Below are positions 47,642 through 57,341 of a stretch of 64,000 nucleotides of DNA, one piece after another. Positions within the stretch are counted from its first letter, which is position 1; every line of letters begins with the position of its first letter. Below the pieces are notes generated by a model. That model made no database searches and had not been told where the DNA came from. It saw only the letters and a program-made list of their open reading frames with translations. Source of the DNA: an uncultured Gemmatimonadales bacterium (GTDB lineage: Bacteria > Gemmatimonadota > Gemmatimonadetes > Longimicrobiales > RSA9); assembly GCA_963816355.1 (NCBI GenBank), contig CAWFKH010000002.1, positions 1 through 64,000 of the forward strand, read 5' to 3'. Made by a program: the position numbers and the translations under genes.

Positions 47642-49918
47642 TCACGCGAGCCCCCGCGCGCGGCGCCACCCCCACTCCGCGCCGACGAGCCCGAGAAGCA
47701 GCAGGAAGACGATCGGCATGTCCCACAGGTCCCGGTGCTCGACGGCGGTCACGCCGCCGCCGGTGTAGCGCAGGTCCTCCGGCAGGGTCGACAGGCTGGC
47801 GGTGGTGTAGAAGCGGCCGCCGGTCTCGCGCGCAATGCGTCGCAGCAGCGGCTCGCGCATGCCGGCATCGAAGTACTCCGCCTCGCTGGGCGCCGCCTCG
47901 AACGCCGTCTCGCTGCTCCCCAGCGGCACGTCGCCGCGCCGCGCCTCGACGTCGACCGTGTACGATCCCGCTCGCGACGGGATGTACCGCGCGCGGTAGG
48001 CGCCGTCGCGGTCGACGTCCCAGTCGAGCGGCACGTCCTCGTCGCCGCCGGGCCCGTGCACGTGCGCCACCACATGGGCGTCGTCGAGGGCGAGGAACGC
48101 GGAATCGACGACGTCGGCTCGCAGCTCGAGCGCACGGCCCGGCTCGACGTGGTCGCGCGAGACGGAGGCGGCGACCTGGCCGGGCACGGCGTCGACGAGC
48201 CAGCGCAGGAGCTGGCGCCAGAACGTCTCGTGCGTCATGTCCTCGACCGGGATCGAGGCGTCCATCTGCCAGACCCACGAGTCCTGGATCGGGAAGGAGA
48301 CGGAGCGGCCGCGGCCGTAGCGCTGCCAGGCGAGCGCGACGACGCCGTCGCCGTGGCCATCCGGCTCGCCGGCGAGGAGTGTGGTGGCGCCGGGCTTGAC
48401 GCGCCGCATCGGGTTCGGCGTCGTGACCGCGGGGAGCGAGTCCCAGCGCGCCACAGACGCCGCCTCGTCCGCCGCGATCTGGGTGACGGCGTGGACGCGG
48501 CCGGCGCGCGTCGGCGCGACGTGCACGCGGACGAAGGAGTCCTGCGGCGCGCCGTCGCCGGGATCGAGCACGACCGGCAACGCCTCGGCGAGCGGCGTGC
48601 CGGCGTAGCCGCCGCGCGCGAAGGCGTGGCGCCCGCCGAGCGTGAGGAGGCCGCCCCCGCGCTCGCCCGCGAAGTCCGCGATCATGCGGAGCTGGTCGTG
48701 CGTGAAGAAGCTCGCCTCAACGCTGCCGAGCACGACGCCGTCGTAGGCGAACAGCTCCTCGCGCGTCTTCGGGAAGCCGCCCACCAGCTCGTCCGGGCCG
48801 TCGACGCCGAGGCGCAGAAACTTGCCCGGCGCGGTGCGCACGAGCGTGACGAGCTGCAGCTCCGCCTCGTCCTCCACCGCGCGCCGCAGGAACTTCAGCT
48901 CGAAGCGCGGCTCGCCCTCGAAGTAGAGGATCTTCCTGCGCTTCGACTCGACGCGGATCAGCGCTTCCTGTTCGTTGTTGCGCGTCACCGCCTCGCCGTC
49001 GCGCGCGGGGACGCGGAAGCGAACGTGGCGCACGCCCGGCTCGGCGAGCGTGAAACGCACCCGCACCGGCGTGCTCTCGCCGTCCGCCGGCAGCTCGATC
49101 TGCTGCTCCGCGACAATGTGGCCCTCGTCTTCGACGTAGAGCGGCGCCCGCTCGCCGCCGAAGCCCCGCTGCGTCACCACGAGGTCCACCACCAGCGACG
49201 TCCCCTGCAGCACCGACGGCGGCACGGCGACGCGGCTCAGCTCGACGTCGCGCGCGAGGCGGGGCCGGCCCACGCCGACCGCGTACACCGGCACGCCCGC
49301 CGAGCGCAGCGCGAGCAGCGGCTCCGTCAGCGACTCGCCCGAGTTGTCGGCGCCGTCGCTCACCACCACCAGCCCCGCCAGCGGCACACCCGCCAGCTCC
49401 TGCCGCGCCCGCCGCAGCGCCGGCCCGATCCGCGTCTGGGTGCCGTCGTACGCCAGCGAGTCGACGCCCGCCACGCGCTCGGCCGACGAGGAGAAGCGGA
49501 AGTAGCGCAGCCGGAAGCGCCGCCCCAGCGCCGCCGTCAGCGCGGCGTCGTCACCGAAGGCGGTCCGCACGGCGTCGCCGCGCGGCTTGCCGTCCTCGTC
49601 GGCGACGCGCATGCTGCGCGAATCGTCGACCAGAACGGCGAGGAAGTTCTGCTGCGGAAGGAGCGCGGAGACGGCGAGCGCCGGCCGCAGCAGCGCGAGT
49701 ACGAGGACGGCGAGCGCGGCGAGGCGGAGCGTGGCGAGCACGACGCGGTCGAGCGGCCGCGCGCGACGGCGCACGCCGCGATACGTCCACACCGCCCCGA
49801 TGGCGAGCAGCACCAGCGCCGTGAGCGCCCACGACCACGACGCCCCCAGAACGAGGTCGCCCCGCTGAAAGACGACGGGGCGATACTTGAAGAGGAAGGC
49901 GAAGAGCGAGTCGAACAC
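47642..49918 (-). CDS. Membrane protein with vWA and glutamine amidotransferase-like domains
   Basis: DDSRSM, VVVSDG, GGGLLTLGG, YGRGRS. Confidence 0.85.
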   Translation of the reverse strand: MFDSLFAFLFKYRPVVFQRGDLVLGASWSWALTALVLLAIGAVWTYRGVRRRARPLDRVVLATLRLAALAVLVLALLRPALAVSALLPQQNFLAVLVDDSRSMRVADEDGKPRGDAVRTAFGDDAALTAALGRRFRLRYFRFSSSAERVAGVDSLAYDGTQTRIGPALRRARQELAGVPLAGLVVVSDGADNSGESLTEPLLALRSAGVPVYAVGVGRPRLARDVELSRVAVPPSVLQGTSLVVDLVVTQRGFGGERAPLYVEDEGHIVAEQQIELPADGESTPVRVRFTLAEPGVRHVRFRVPARDGEAVTRNNEQEALIRVESKRRKILYFEGEPRFELKFLRRAVEDEAELQLVTLVRTAPGKFLRLGVDGPDELVGGFPKTREELFAYDGVVLGSVEASFFTHDQLRMIADFAGERGGGLLTLGGRHAFARGGYAGTPLAEALPVVLDPGDGAPQDSFVRVHVAPTRAGRVHAVTQIAADEAASVARWDSLPAVTTPNPMRRVKPGATTLLAGEPDGHGDGVVALAWQRYGRGRSVSFPIQDSWVWQMDASIPVEDMTHETFWRQLLRWLVDAVPGQVAASVSRDHVEPGRALELRADVVDSAFLALDDAHVVAHVHGPGGDEDVPLDWDVDRDGAYRARYIPSRAGSYTVDVEARRGDVPLGSSETAFEAAPSEAEYFDAGMREPLLRRIARETGGRFYTTASLSTLPEDLRYTGGGVTAVEHRDLWDMPIVFLLLLGLVGAEWGWRRARGLA

Positions 49919-50219
49919 GATCCTCCGGGGACAGGCCGATGGTCGCTTCACTGGGCCGGGGCGGCGTGGCGGGGCGCCGGCGGCCGCGTGTCATTCGGCG
50001 CTCGTCTGGAAAAACCCGAAGGGGGGGTGCTTGTTCCAACGGACGGCGAAGCCGCGCGGAGAGTGGCCCGCGCCGCGCATGTCGCCGCGCCGGGCGCGCG
50101 GCTATTATGCGGCATGATCGAGCTACGGATGCTGCGGCTCGCCGGCGCCGGCATCGGCCTCGCCTCAGGCTCCGATCACGCGACCCTGAAGCGGATCCTC
50201 TCCCGCGACCTGAACTAGC

Positions 50220-51425
50220 GTGGGAAGGCACGGACGCGCGGCCGCGCTCGCCGCCCCGCTCCTCCTGCTGCTCGCGAGCGGCTGCCGTGCCGATGGCGCC
50301 GAAGGCGCGCCGGTGCGCGAGAGCGGCCGCTTCGCCCGGGCGGCGCCGGTGCGCGGGAGCGGCCGCGTCGCCGAAGCGGGGCCGCCCCCCGCGCGCGCCG
50401 ACTCCTCCTTCGCCGCGCTCGTCGCGCGGCTCTCCGAGCCGGGCGGCTACTTCGACACCGACAACCTGATCTCCAACGAGGCGTCCTACCTCCACGCGCT
50501 CGGCCCGCTCCGCGAGCGGGGAGTGCGCGGCGGCGCCTACATCGGCGTGGGGCCGGACCAGAACTTCTCCTACATCGCGCAGATCCGGCCCCGCGTCGCC
50601 TTCATCATCGACATCCGCCGCGGCAACCTGCTCGAGCTGCTCTGGTACAAGGCGCTCTTCGAGCTCGCGCGGGACCGCGCCGACTACCTCGCCCTGCTGT
50701 TCGGCCGGCCGCGGCCGGACTTCGCCGCCCCGGATGGAGCCGCCGGGCTCGCGCGGCTGCTCGACTACTTCGACGCGACGCCCGCCGATCCGGAGCGCAT
50801 GGCCGCGACGCGCGCGGCCGTACACGCGGCGCTCGCGCGCTACGGCGTGCCGCTCTCCGACGACGACGTCGCCATGATCGACCGCATCGCCTCCGCGTTC
50901 GTCGAGGCGGGACCGTCACTCCGCTTCACCAGCTACGGCCGCGCGCCGCGCTCCTACTACCCGACGTACCGCCAGCTCCTCCTCGAGCACGACCTGAGCG
51001 GCCGCGGCGGCAGCTACCTGGCCCGCGAGGAGGACTTCCGCTTCGTGAAGCGGCTGCAGACGGCCGACCGCATCGTGCCGGTCGTCGGCGACCTCGCCGG
51101 ACCGCACGCGCTGCGCGCCATCGGCCGCGCTATCGACGGCATGGGACTGCGCGTGAGCGCGTTCTACGTCTCCAATGTCGAGTTCTACCTCATGGGCGAT
51201 GGCACCTTCGACCGCTTCGCCGCCAACGTGCTGACCCTGCCGCTCGACAGCGGCGCCGTCCTCATCCGCAGCTACTTCCACCCGTTCCGGCGGCCGACGC
51301 CGGGCGCGGTGCCGGGCTACGCGAGCAGCCAGATCGTACAGGCCGCCGCGCGCTTCGTCGCCCGCGCCGAGGCGGGCGGCTACGCCGGCTACCGCGCCCT
51401 GCTGGCGGACACCGTCGGCGGCTGA
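50220..51425 (+). CDS. Conserved hypothetical lipoprotein
   Basis: Lipobox ASGC; LSEPGGYFDTDNLISNE and GVGPDQNFSYI; strong codon bias. Confidence 0.8.
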   Translation: MGRHGRAAALAAPLLLLLASGCRADGAEGAPVRESGRFARAAPVRGSGRVAEAGPPPARADSSFAALVARLSEPGGYFDTDNLISNEASYLHALGPLRERGVRGGAYIGVGPDQNFSYIAQIRPRVAFIIDIRRGNLLELLWYKALFELARDRADYLALLFGRPRPDFAAPDGAAGLARLLDYFDATPADPERMAATRAAVHAALARYGVPLSDDDVAMIDRIASAFVEAGPSLRFTSYGRAPRSYYPTYRQLLLEHDLSGRGGSYLAREEDFRFVKRLQTADRIVPVVGDLAGPHALRAIGRAIDGMGLRVSAFYVSNVEFYLMGDGTFDRFAANVLTLPLDSGAVLIRSYFHPFRRPTPGAVPGYASSQIVQAAARFVARAEAGGYAGYRALLADTVGG

Positions 51426-51499
51426 GCGCCGCGCCGCGTGCGAGGCACGTCTTCGTCGCGGAGTTCGCGTCGGCGTAGTCGTGGGTCCGGGCCCCCTCC

Positions 51500-52399
51500 C
51501 TACGCGACTTCGACCAGCAGTGGCCGGTCCAGCTCTTCCAGGATCTCGTGCGTCACGCTGCCGAACAGCCGCCGCGCGATGGCGCCGCGCCGGGCCGTCG
51601 TCATCGCCAGCAGGTCGACGTCGAGCGTGCGCGCCTTGTCGAGGATCAGCTCCGCCGTCGCCTCCCCTTCCACGACGTGCCGTTCGACGCGCACTCCGCT
51701 CAGCTCCGGCCGGCCGGCGACCCCCGCCAGGTAGCGCTCCGCTTCCGCGGCGCTGCGCCAGGCCGGCGCGCCGCGGCGACCCGCTCCGGGCGACGTCGGG
51801 ACCACCGCCAGCAGGTGAACCGCCGCACCCTCCGCGAGCAGCGGCAGCGCCGCGTCCAGGATGCGTTCCGAACGCGGCGTCCCATCGAGCGGGACGAGCA
51901 GGCGCGTCACGCCCCGCAGCAGCGGACACGTTCCGGCTCGCAGCACCAGGACCGGCACGCCGACCGAGCGCAGGATCCCCTCCGACAGCTCGGCGAGGTT
52001 GCCGCCCGCGCAGTAACGCTGGCCCAGCCGCGCCACGAGCAGATCGGCGCCCATCTCGCGCGCGGCGCGTGGCACCTCGCCCGGCGCGACCGGCTCCGAC
52101 TGCCACCCCGCCGCCACCGACCACGCATCCTCGACCCGCTGCTCGAGCACCTGCAGCTTCGCGCGCGTGTCGGCGTCGCGCTGGCGCTCGACGGCGCCAT
52201 AGTGGTCGACGACGCCCTCGAGACGGTACGGCGTCACGGCTTCCAGATCCGGCGGGACCGCGTGCGACGAGCGAACGTTCAGCAGCGAGATCTCGGCGCC
52301 CGCCCGGCGCGCCAGCTCCCCCGCGCAATCCAGCGAACAATCCCGCGTCGGGGGGCTCTCCCGCGCGTCGTCGACGGCCACTACGATCCGCTTGATCAT
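51500..52399 (-). CDS. Universal stress protein (tandem USP domains)
   Basis: MIKRIVVAVD; LLVPLDGT; LFGSVTHEIL. Confidence 0.88.
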   Translation of the reverse strand: MIKRIVVAVDDARESPPTRDCSLDCAGELARRAGAEISLLNVRSSHAVPPDLEAVTPYRLEGVVDHYGAVERQRDADTRAKLQVLEQRVEDAWSVAAGWQSEPVAPGEVPRAAREMGADLLVARLGQRYCAGGNLAELSEGILRSVGVPVLVLRAGTCPLLRGVTRLLVPLDGTPRSERILDAALPLLAEGAAVHLLAVVPTSPGAGRRGAPAWRSAAEAERYLAGVAGRPELSGVRVERHVVEGEATAELILDKARTLDVDLLAMTTARRGAIARRLFGSVTHEILEELDRPLLVEVA

Positions 52400-52582
52400 G
52401 CTCGCCTCCTCACTGTACGCGACGCGCGATCCGCGTCCGCTGTGGGCGCCACGCATACGTCCTCCCTTCCAGCCTACCGGGGCGCTGCGCCGCAGTCTGT
52501 AGGGGATCCTCCAGCCCTTTGTAGGCGAATGTCTGTAAGGAGCTACCGTACGACGCGGGACCGGCGGAGCGGCTCGCGTGCC

Positions 52583-53314
52583 TCAGTCCAGCTTCAGCGC
52601 GCGATAGTGATCCGGCCCCGCCGCCTCGACAAAGAGGATTACGCGGCCGCCGCGCAGGGAGGGGCGCAGCCGCCGTCCCACGACCACCGCGACGTCGTCC
52701 GCGAGCGGTGCTTCGCTTCCCGGGACGTGAACCGCGTCGACGCCGCGGCGCAGGACCTCCTCCACGCGCCGCACGCCGCCGAAGTGGTCCGGCCACGGCC
52801 ACCCGGCGCGGTGCACCACCCGGCCGTCGTCGCCGCTCGCGCGGAGGCCGACGGCGGCGAGCGCGCCGATCACGCCGTCGCGCGTGCCCGCCAGGCCCTC
52901 CAGCCGCGCGCCGCACGACGCCGCCACCCGCTGCGCCTCCGCCTGCGTGGTCCGCTCGCGCTGGCACGCGCGGCCGAATTCCGTCGCCGCCGCCACGCCC
53001 GCCGCGCCCGCCGCCGCGGGCTCCAGCACGCAGAATCCCGGGTCGGCGCCGCGCGGCGCGAACGCGAGAACGGCGCGCCGCAGCAGGCGCAGCAGCGGCT
53101 CCAGCTCGGCGTCGCCCGCCGCCTCGAGCGCCAGCGATGCGGCGCCGTTCCGGGTGGTGTACGGGATGTCGGAGCGCTGCAGGAGCTGGTGCCGCGCGGC
53201 GCAGTGCAGGCCGAAGCCGGGAGGCAGCGCGCCGCCGAGGCGCCGGGCGAGCTGGTTCGTCCCGGGGGTGCCGACGACGTCCGTGTCGTCGAGCCCCACC
53301 AGGATTCGCCTCAC
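52583..53314 (-). CDS. Protein resembling the TiaS N-terminal (DUF1743-like) region
   Basis: VGLDDTD...GT, RHQLL, IPYTTRNGA, GVIGALAAVG. Confidence 0.7.
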   Translation of the reverse strand: MRRILVGLDDTDVVGTPGTNQLARRLGGALPPGFGLHCAARHQLLQRSDIPYTTRNGAASLALEAAGDAELEPLLRLLRRAVLAFAPRGADPGFCVLEPAAAGAAGVAAATEFGRACQRERTTQAEAQRVAASCGARLEGLAGTRDGVIGALAAVGLRASGDDGRVVHRAGWPWPDHFGGVRRVEEVLRRGVDAVHVPGSEAPLADDVAVVVGRRLRPSLRGGRVILFVEAAGPDHYRALKLD

Positions 53315-53985
53315 GCGCCGGCCTGCTCCCGCCGGCCGCGCCCGAACCACGCGACGGCGGCGAGGAGTCCCGCCAGGGCGCCCGCGGCGGCGTACGTGTA
53401 CGGCGCCACGCTCAGCCACTGCGCCAGGGACCGCGCGCCCGCGAGCGCCCGCGCGCCGAGCGGGGCGGCGAGCGCCTTCGCGCCGCCGCGCACCGCGAAC
53501 GCGATCAGGTTGGTCGCGGCGCCCGCGCCAGCGAGCGCCACGTACGCGCGCGCCCCGCCGCGCGCCACGCGCAACGCCCCGTCCATGGCGGGACCGAAGA
53601 CGACGAGCCCGGCCAGCGCGCCCGGTCCCGGCAGGTGCGCGCCGGCGGCGCCGAGCGCGGCGGCGGCGAGCGCGGCCGCCAGGCCCATGAGCGTGCCCGC
53701 GCCGCGCCGCGGCACCAGCGCCAGCCCGCAGCCGAGCGGAAGCGCGGCGAGCACCAGAGCGTGACCGGGGATGTGCAGCGGCGCGCGCACGAACGTGGTC
53801 GCCGCGGCGGCGGCGAACCCGGCCGCCGCCAGGATCGCGACTTCGGCGACGCGCGCGGCGTCCGCGGCGCGCGTCGCATCGCCCGCACCCGCGGCGTCCG
53901 CCGCCGGGGCAGGATGCGCGAGGCGAGAGAGCCGTGAGCAGCGCCGCAGCGCGGCATCGAAAGCGAACGGCGACGGCCGCGGCAT
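53311..53985 (-). CDS. Membrane protein, ECF S-component-like
   Basis: About 5-6 TM segments with PLHIPGH motif; GTGA overlap with the next gene. Confidence 0.55.
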   Translation of the reverse strand: MPRPSPFAFDAALRRCSRLSRLAHPAPAADAAGAGDATRAADAARVAEVAILAAAGFAAAAATTFVRAPLHIPGHALVLAALPLGCGLALVPRRGAGTLMGLAAALAAAALGAAGAHLPGPGALAGLVVFGPAMDGALRVARGGARAYVALAGAGAATNLIAFAVRGGAKALAAPLGARALAGARSLAQWLSVAPYTYAAAGALAGLLAAVAWFGRGRREQAGA

Positions 53986-54007
53986 GGAGTCCCGCTCCGG
54001 GCGGCGC

Positions 54008-54727
54008 CTAGCGCCCGCCGATGTGGTCGTCGAGGAAGGCGAGCGCGAGCGCCCACGACTGGTGCGCCGCCTCGCGGTCGTAGCGTGGCAGGCTCTCGTC
54101 GAAGAAGCTGTGCTGCGCGTGGGAGAAGACGACGCTCGCGTAGCGCTTCTCCGCGGCACGCAGCGCGTCCTCCACCGCGCGCACGTGCTCCGGCAGGATG
54201 CGCGCGTCCTGGCCCGCCCAGACGAGAAGCTGCGGGCCGGACAGGGCGCCGGCGCGGTCGAGGAGCGCCGGCGCGATGCCGCCGCCGTAGTACGCGATCG
54301 AAGCCGCCAGCGGCAGGACCGCGTTCGCGAGGAACGCGGCGCGGCCGCCCATGCAGAAGCCGATCGCGCCGACGTGCTCGGGAGCGATCCCGCCGGGGCC
54401 GACGAGCCACGCGTGCGCCGCGCGGAGGTCGGCGCTCTGCCCGTCGACGGTGAGCGCCTGGATCTGATCCATCGCCTCCTGCAGCCGGTCCATGCTCCCG
54501 TCGAACTCCGGCGCGTCGCGGTGGAACAGCTCGGGCGCCACCACGGTGTAGCCGAGCGCCGCGAAGCGGCCCGCCACCTCGCGCAGGTGCGCATTCACGC
54601 CGAACGCCGCCTGCAGGAGCAGCATGCCGCGGAACGGCGCATCGCCCGGTCCCGCGCGACCCCGCTCCGTCCACGCCCGCATCCGGGAGCCATCCTCCAC
54701 CTCCAGCGTGATCCACTCGCCTTCCAT
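54008..54727 (-). CDS. Dienelactone hydrolase family protein
   Basis: GFCMGG nucleophile motif, HSF. Confidence 0.92.
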   Translation of the reverse strand: MEGEWITLEVEDGSRMRAWTERGRAGPGDAPFRGMLLLQAAFGVNAHLREVAGRFAALGYTVVAPELFHRDAPEFDGSMDRLQEAMDQIQALTVDGQSADLRAAHAWLVGPGGIAPEHVGAIGFCMGGRAAFLANAVLPLAASIAYYGGGIAPALLDRAGALSGPQLLVWAGQDARILPEHVRAVEDALRAAEKRYASVVFSHAQHSFFDESLPRYDREAAHQSWALALAFLDDHIGGR

Positions 54728-54848
54728 GATCCCTCCCCGCTCCGCGCTTGCGCCGCGCATCGAACGTGAATCCTTTTCACCGCGTTCCGGCTCTCCATTG
54801 CAGGAGCGACGACGCTCCGCAAAACGAACGCCTGGAACCTCGGAGGTC

Positions 54849-55061
54849 ATGATGTCGAGCCGGATCTTCACCCGCAACGAGAGCTACGTGGACCGCGGCG
54901 TGCGCGTCGCGCTGGGAGTCGCACTCCTGGCCCTCTTCTTCGTCGGGCCGCACACCGCCTGGGGGCTGGTGGGCCTGGTGCCCCTCGCCACCGGCCTCCT
55001 CGGGAGCTGCCCGCTCTACACTCTCTTCGGCCTCAGCACGTGCCCGATCCAGAGCCGCTGA
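54849..55061 (+). CDS. DUF2892 (YgaP-like) small membrane protein
   Basis: NESYVDRGVR...CPLYTLFGLSTC. Confidence 0.88.
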   Translation: MMSSRIFTRNESYVDRGVRVALGVALLALFFVGPHTAWGLVGLVPLATGLLGSCPLYTLFGLSTCPIQSR

Positions 55062-55606
55062 AAGCCACCGACGCCGACATCCTGCGGAGGACCGCGGCGG
55101 GCGACGGGAGCGCCTTCTCGATGCTCGTCGAACGCCACCAGCCCGCGGTCCTCCGCTTCCTCGCCGCCGTGACCGATGACGGCGACGCCGCCGAGGACGC
55201 GCTCCAGGAGACCTTCATCGCCGCCTGGCGCGCCGCCGCTTCCTTCCGCGGCGAGGACTCGGCACGTGCCTGGCTGCTCACCATCGCCCGCAACGCCGCG
55301 CGCCGGCAGCGCCGCCGCCGCTCCGGCGAGCCGTCCCGCTTCGTACCGCTCGACGAGCTCGCCACGTCCGCCGGGTGGGGCGCCACCGACGACGACTTCG
55401 CCGCTCGACTCGACGCGCGCGACGCCGTCCACGCCGCGTTCCGCGCGCTGCCCGCCGAGGAGCGCGAGATCCTGACGCTACGCGAGATGGAAGGCTTCAC
55501 CGGCGACGAGGCGGCGACGATCCTCGCCCTCACGCTGCCGGCCGCGAAGAGCCGGCTGCACCGGGCCCGTCTCCACTTCATGGCGCGACTCAGGGAGGCG
55601 ACGTGA
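55040..55606 (+). CDS. ECF RNA polymerase sigma factor
   Basis: AEDALQETF, AWLLTIARN, KSRLHRAR. Confidence 0.93.
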   Translation: MPDPEPLKATDADILRRTAAGDGSAFSMLVERHQPAVLRFLAAVTDDGDAAEDALQETFIAAWRAAASFRGEDSARAWLLTIARNAARRQRRRRSGEPSRFVPLDELATSAGWGATDDDFAARLDARDAVHAAFRALPAEEREILTLREMEGFTGDEAATILALTLPAAKSRLHRARLHFMARLREAT

Positions 55607-55887
55607 AAGCGCACGACCGCGAGGTGGCGGGGATCCGCTGCACGCAGGTCCTCGAGCTCCTCTCCGACTACGTCGACGGCCAGCTCGACGCCGTCCAGCT
55701 CGATCGCATCCGCTCGCACCTTCGCGGCTGCGACTGGTGCGAGAAGTTCGGCGGCGAGTTCGCGGCCGCCGTCGCGGCGCTGCGCACCGGCGCGAGCACC
55801 GCTCCGGACGCGGCCGCGCCCGCCGACCCCGCGCTGCGCCGTCGCCTCGACGAACGGCTCGGACGCGAGATCGGCGGGAGCGGATAG
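55603..55887 (+). CDS. Soluble zinc-finger (zf-HC2) anti-sigma factor
   Basis: C...LSDYVDG...HLRGCDWC; GTGA overlap with the sigma gene. Confidence 0.88.
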   Translation: MKAHDREVAGIRCTQVLELLSDYVDGQLDAVQLDRIRSHLRGCDWCEKFGGEFAAAVAALRTGASTAPDAAAPADPALRRRLDERLGREIGGSG

Positions 55888-55892
55888 CGCCG

Positions 55893-57341
55893 TCAGCTCT
55901 TGTCCAGCGACACCGATCCGGTCGCCGTGCCGCCGCCGTTGAAGAAGACGGTGAAGTCGATCGCGATGTGCGTCGCCGTGATCGTCCCGGTCGCGTCCCA
56001 GTGGTCGATCCCCGCCGACGGCACGTTCACGCCGTGCGCCTCCAGCTTGCCGCCGCCGTCCACCGTGAGGGTGACGTCGCCGTACACCTGGAGCGTGGCG
56101 CTGAGCGAGAAGCCGGTCTGGTCGTAGGCGGACATCGTCGACTGCTGCGGCGCGCCGCCCTGCCCCAGCACGTTGCCGGTCGAGGAGCTCGTCAGCGTCG
56201 CGGTCTGCGCCGCCTCGTCCACCGCGATCGTCAACGACGTCGTGCCGGTCGACGCGAACGTGTCGTTGCGCCACGTGCCCGCCCAGCTCCCCACGTACTG
56301 CGCCGCGTTCAGCAGCGCCTGCGCCGTCGCCGTGAAGACGACCGGATTGCCCGCGATGCCGCTGCCCTGCGCCGTCGCCGTCAGCGTGTTCGTCCCGGCG
56401 CTCGGACCGAGCGTCCACGACCCGACCCGCGCCACGCCGTCCGCCCCGGTCGTCGGCGCCGCCCCCGCGACGCTGCCGCCGCCCGCGGTCACCGCGAAGC
56501 CGACCGGCACGTCGACGACGCCGTTGCCGAAGCGGTCCGTCGCCTTCACGGCCGGCGCCACCGCCACCGCCGCGCCCGGCGCCGCGCTCTGCCCGTCCCC
56601 TTCCAACGCGGCGAGGTTCGCCGCCACGTCCGCGGTCGCGGTCGCCGAGAACGTCGCCGGATTGCCGGCGATCCCGTCGCCTGCCGCGGTCGCGGTGAGC
56701 ACGTTCTCGCCCGCCGCCGTCCCCAGCACCCAGCCGCCCACCGCCGCCTCGCCCGACGCGTCGGTCGTCTGCGTCGCGCCGGTCACCGAGCCGCCGCCGG
56801 ACGACGCCGCGAACGTCACCCCCACGCCGGCGACCGGATCACCCAGCGCGTCCGTCACGCGCACGCGCGGCGCCACCGCCACCGCCGCGCCGACGGTCGC
56901 GCTCTGGGCGTCGCCCTCCGCCTTGTCGAGCTGGGCGGCGGGGCCGGCCACGGAGGTGGCCGTGAACGTGGCCGGGCTGCCGGTCACCGACTCGCCGGCC
57001 GCCGTGGCCGTCAGGCTCTGCGCGCCCGCGGCGCCGAGCACCCAGCTGCCGACCGCCGCCGTGCCGCTCGCGTCGGTCGTCGCCGTCGCGCCGGTGACCG
57101 AGCCGCCGCCGCCGGCCACCGCGAACGTCACCGACTGGCCCGCCACCGCCGCACCGGCGTCGTCCTCGATGCGCACCGCCGGCGGCTCCACCACGGACGT
57201 GCCGGCAGTCGCGGTCTGGCCATCCCCCGCGGCCTTGCTCATGTGCAGCGTGCGCGGCGCGGTGCCGTCGGCGTCCTGCTTGCACGACGCGAAGACCGCG
57301 AGGAGGAGGAGCGTACCTGCCTGCAGGAGTCGTCTGGTCAT
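55893..57341 (-). CDS. Lipoprotein with three Big-1-like Ig repeats
   Basis: Lipobox FASC; three repeats of GD(G/A)Q-x-A...VTFA...GGSV...WxLG. Confidence 0.85.
   Translation of the reverse strand: MTRRLLQAGTLLLLAVFASCKQDADGTAPRTLHMSKAAGDGQTATAGTSVVEPPAVRIEDDAGAAVAGQSVTFAVAGGGGSVTGATATTDASGTAAVGSWVLGAAGAQSLTATAAGESVTGSPATFTATSVAGPAAQLDKAEGDAQSATVGAAVAVAPRVRVTDALGDPVAGVGVTFAASSGGGSVTGATQTTDASGEAAVGGWVLGTAAGENVLTATAAGDGIAGNPATFSATATADVAANLAALEGDGQSAAPGAAVAVAPAVKATDRFGNGVVDVPVGFAVTAGGGSVAGAAPTTGADGVARVGSWTLGPSAGTNTLTATAQGSGIAGNPVVFTATAQALLNAAQYVGSWAGTWRNDTFASTGTTSLTIAVDEAAQTATLTSSSTGNVLGQGGAPQQSTMSAYDQTGFSLSATLQVYGDVTLTVDGGGKLEAHGVNVPSAGIDHWDATGTITATHIAIDFTVFFNGGGTATGSVSLDKS

Noticed and set aside
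52496..52545. Repeated TGTAGG/TGTAAG boxes upstream of the USP gene
   Set aside because: Irregular spacing and too short to support a regulator call.
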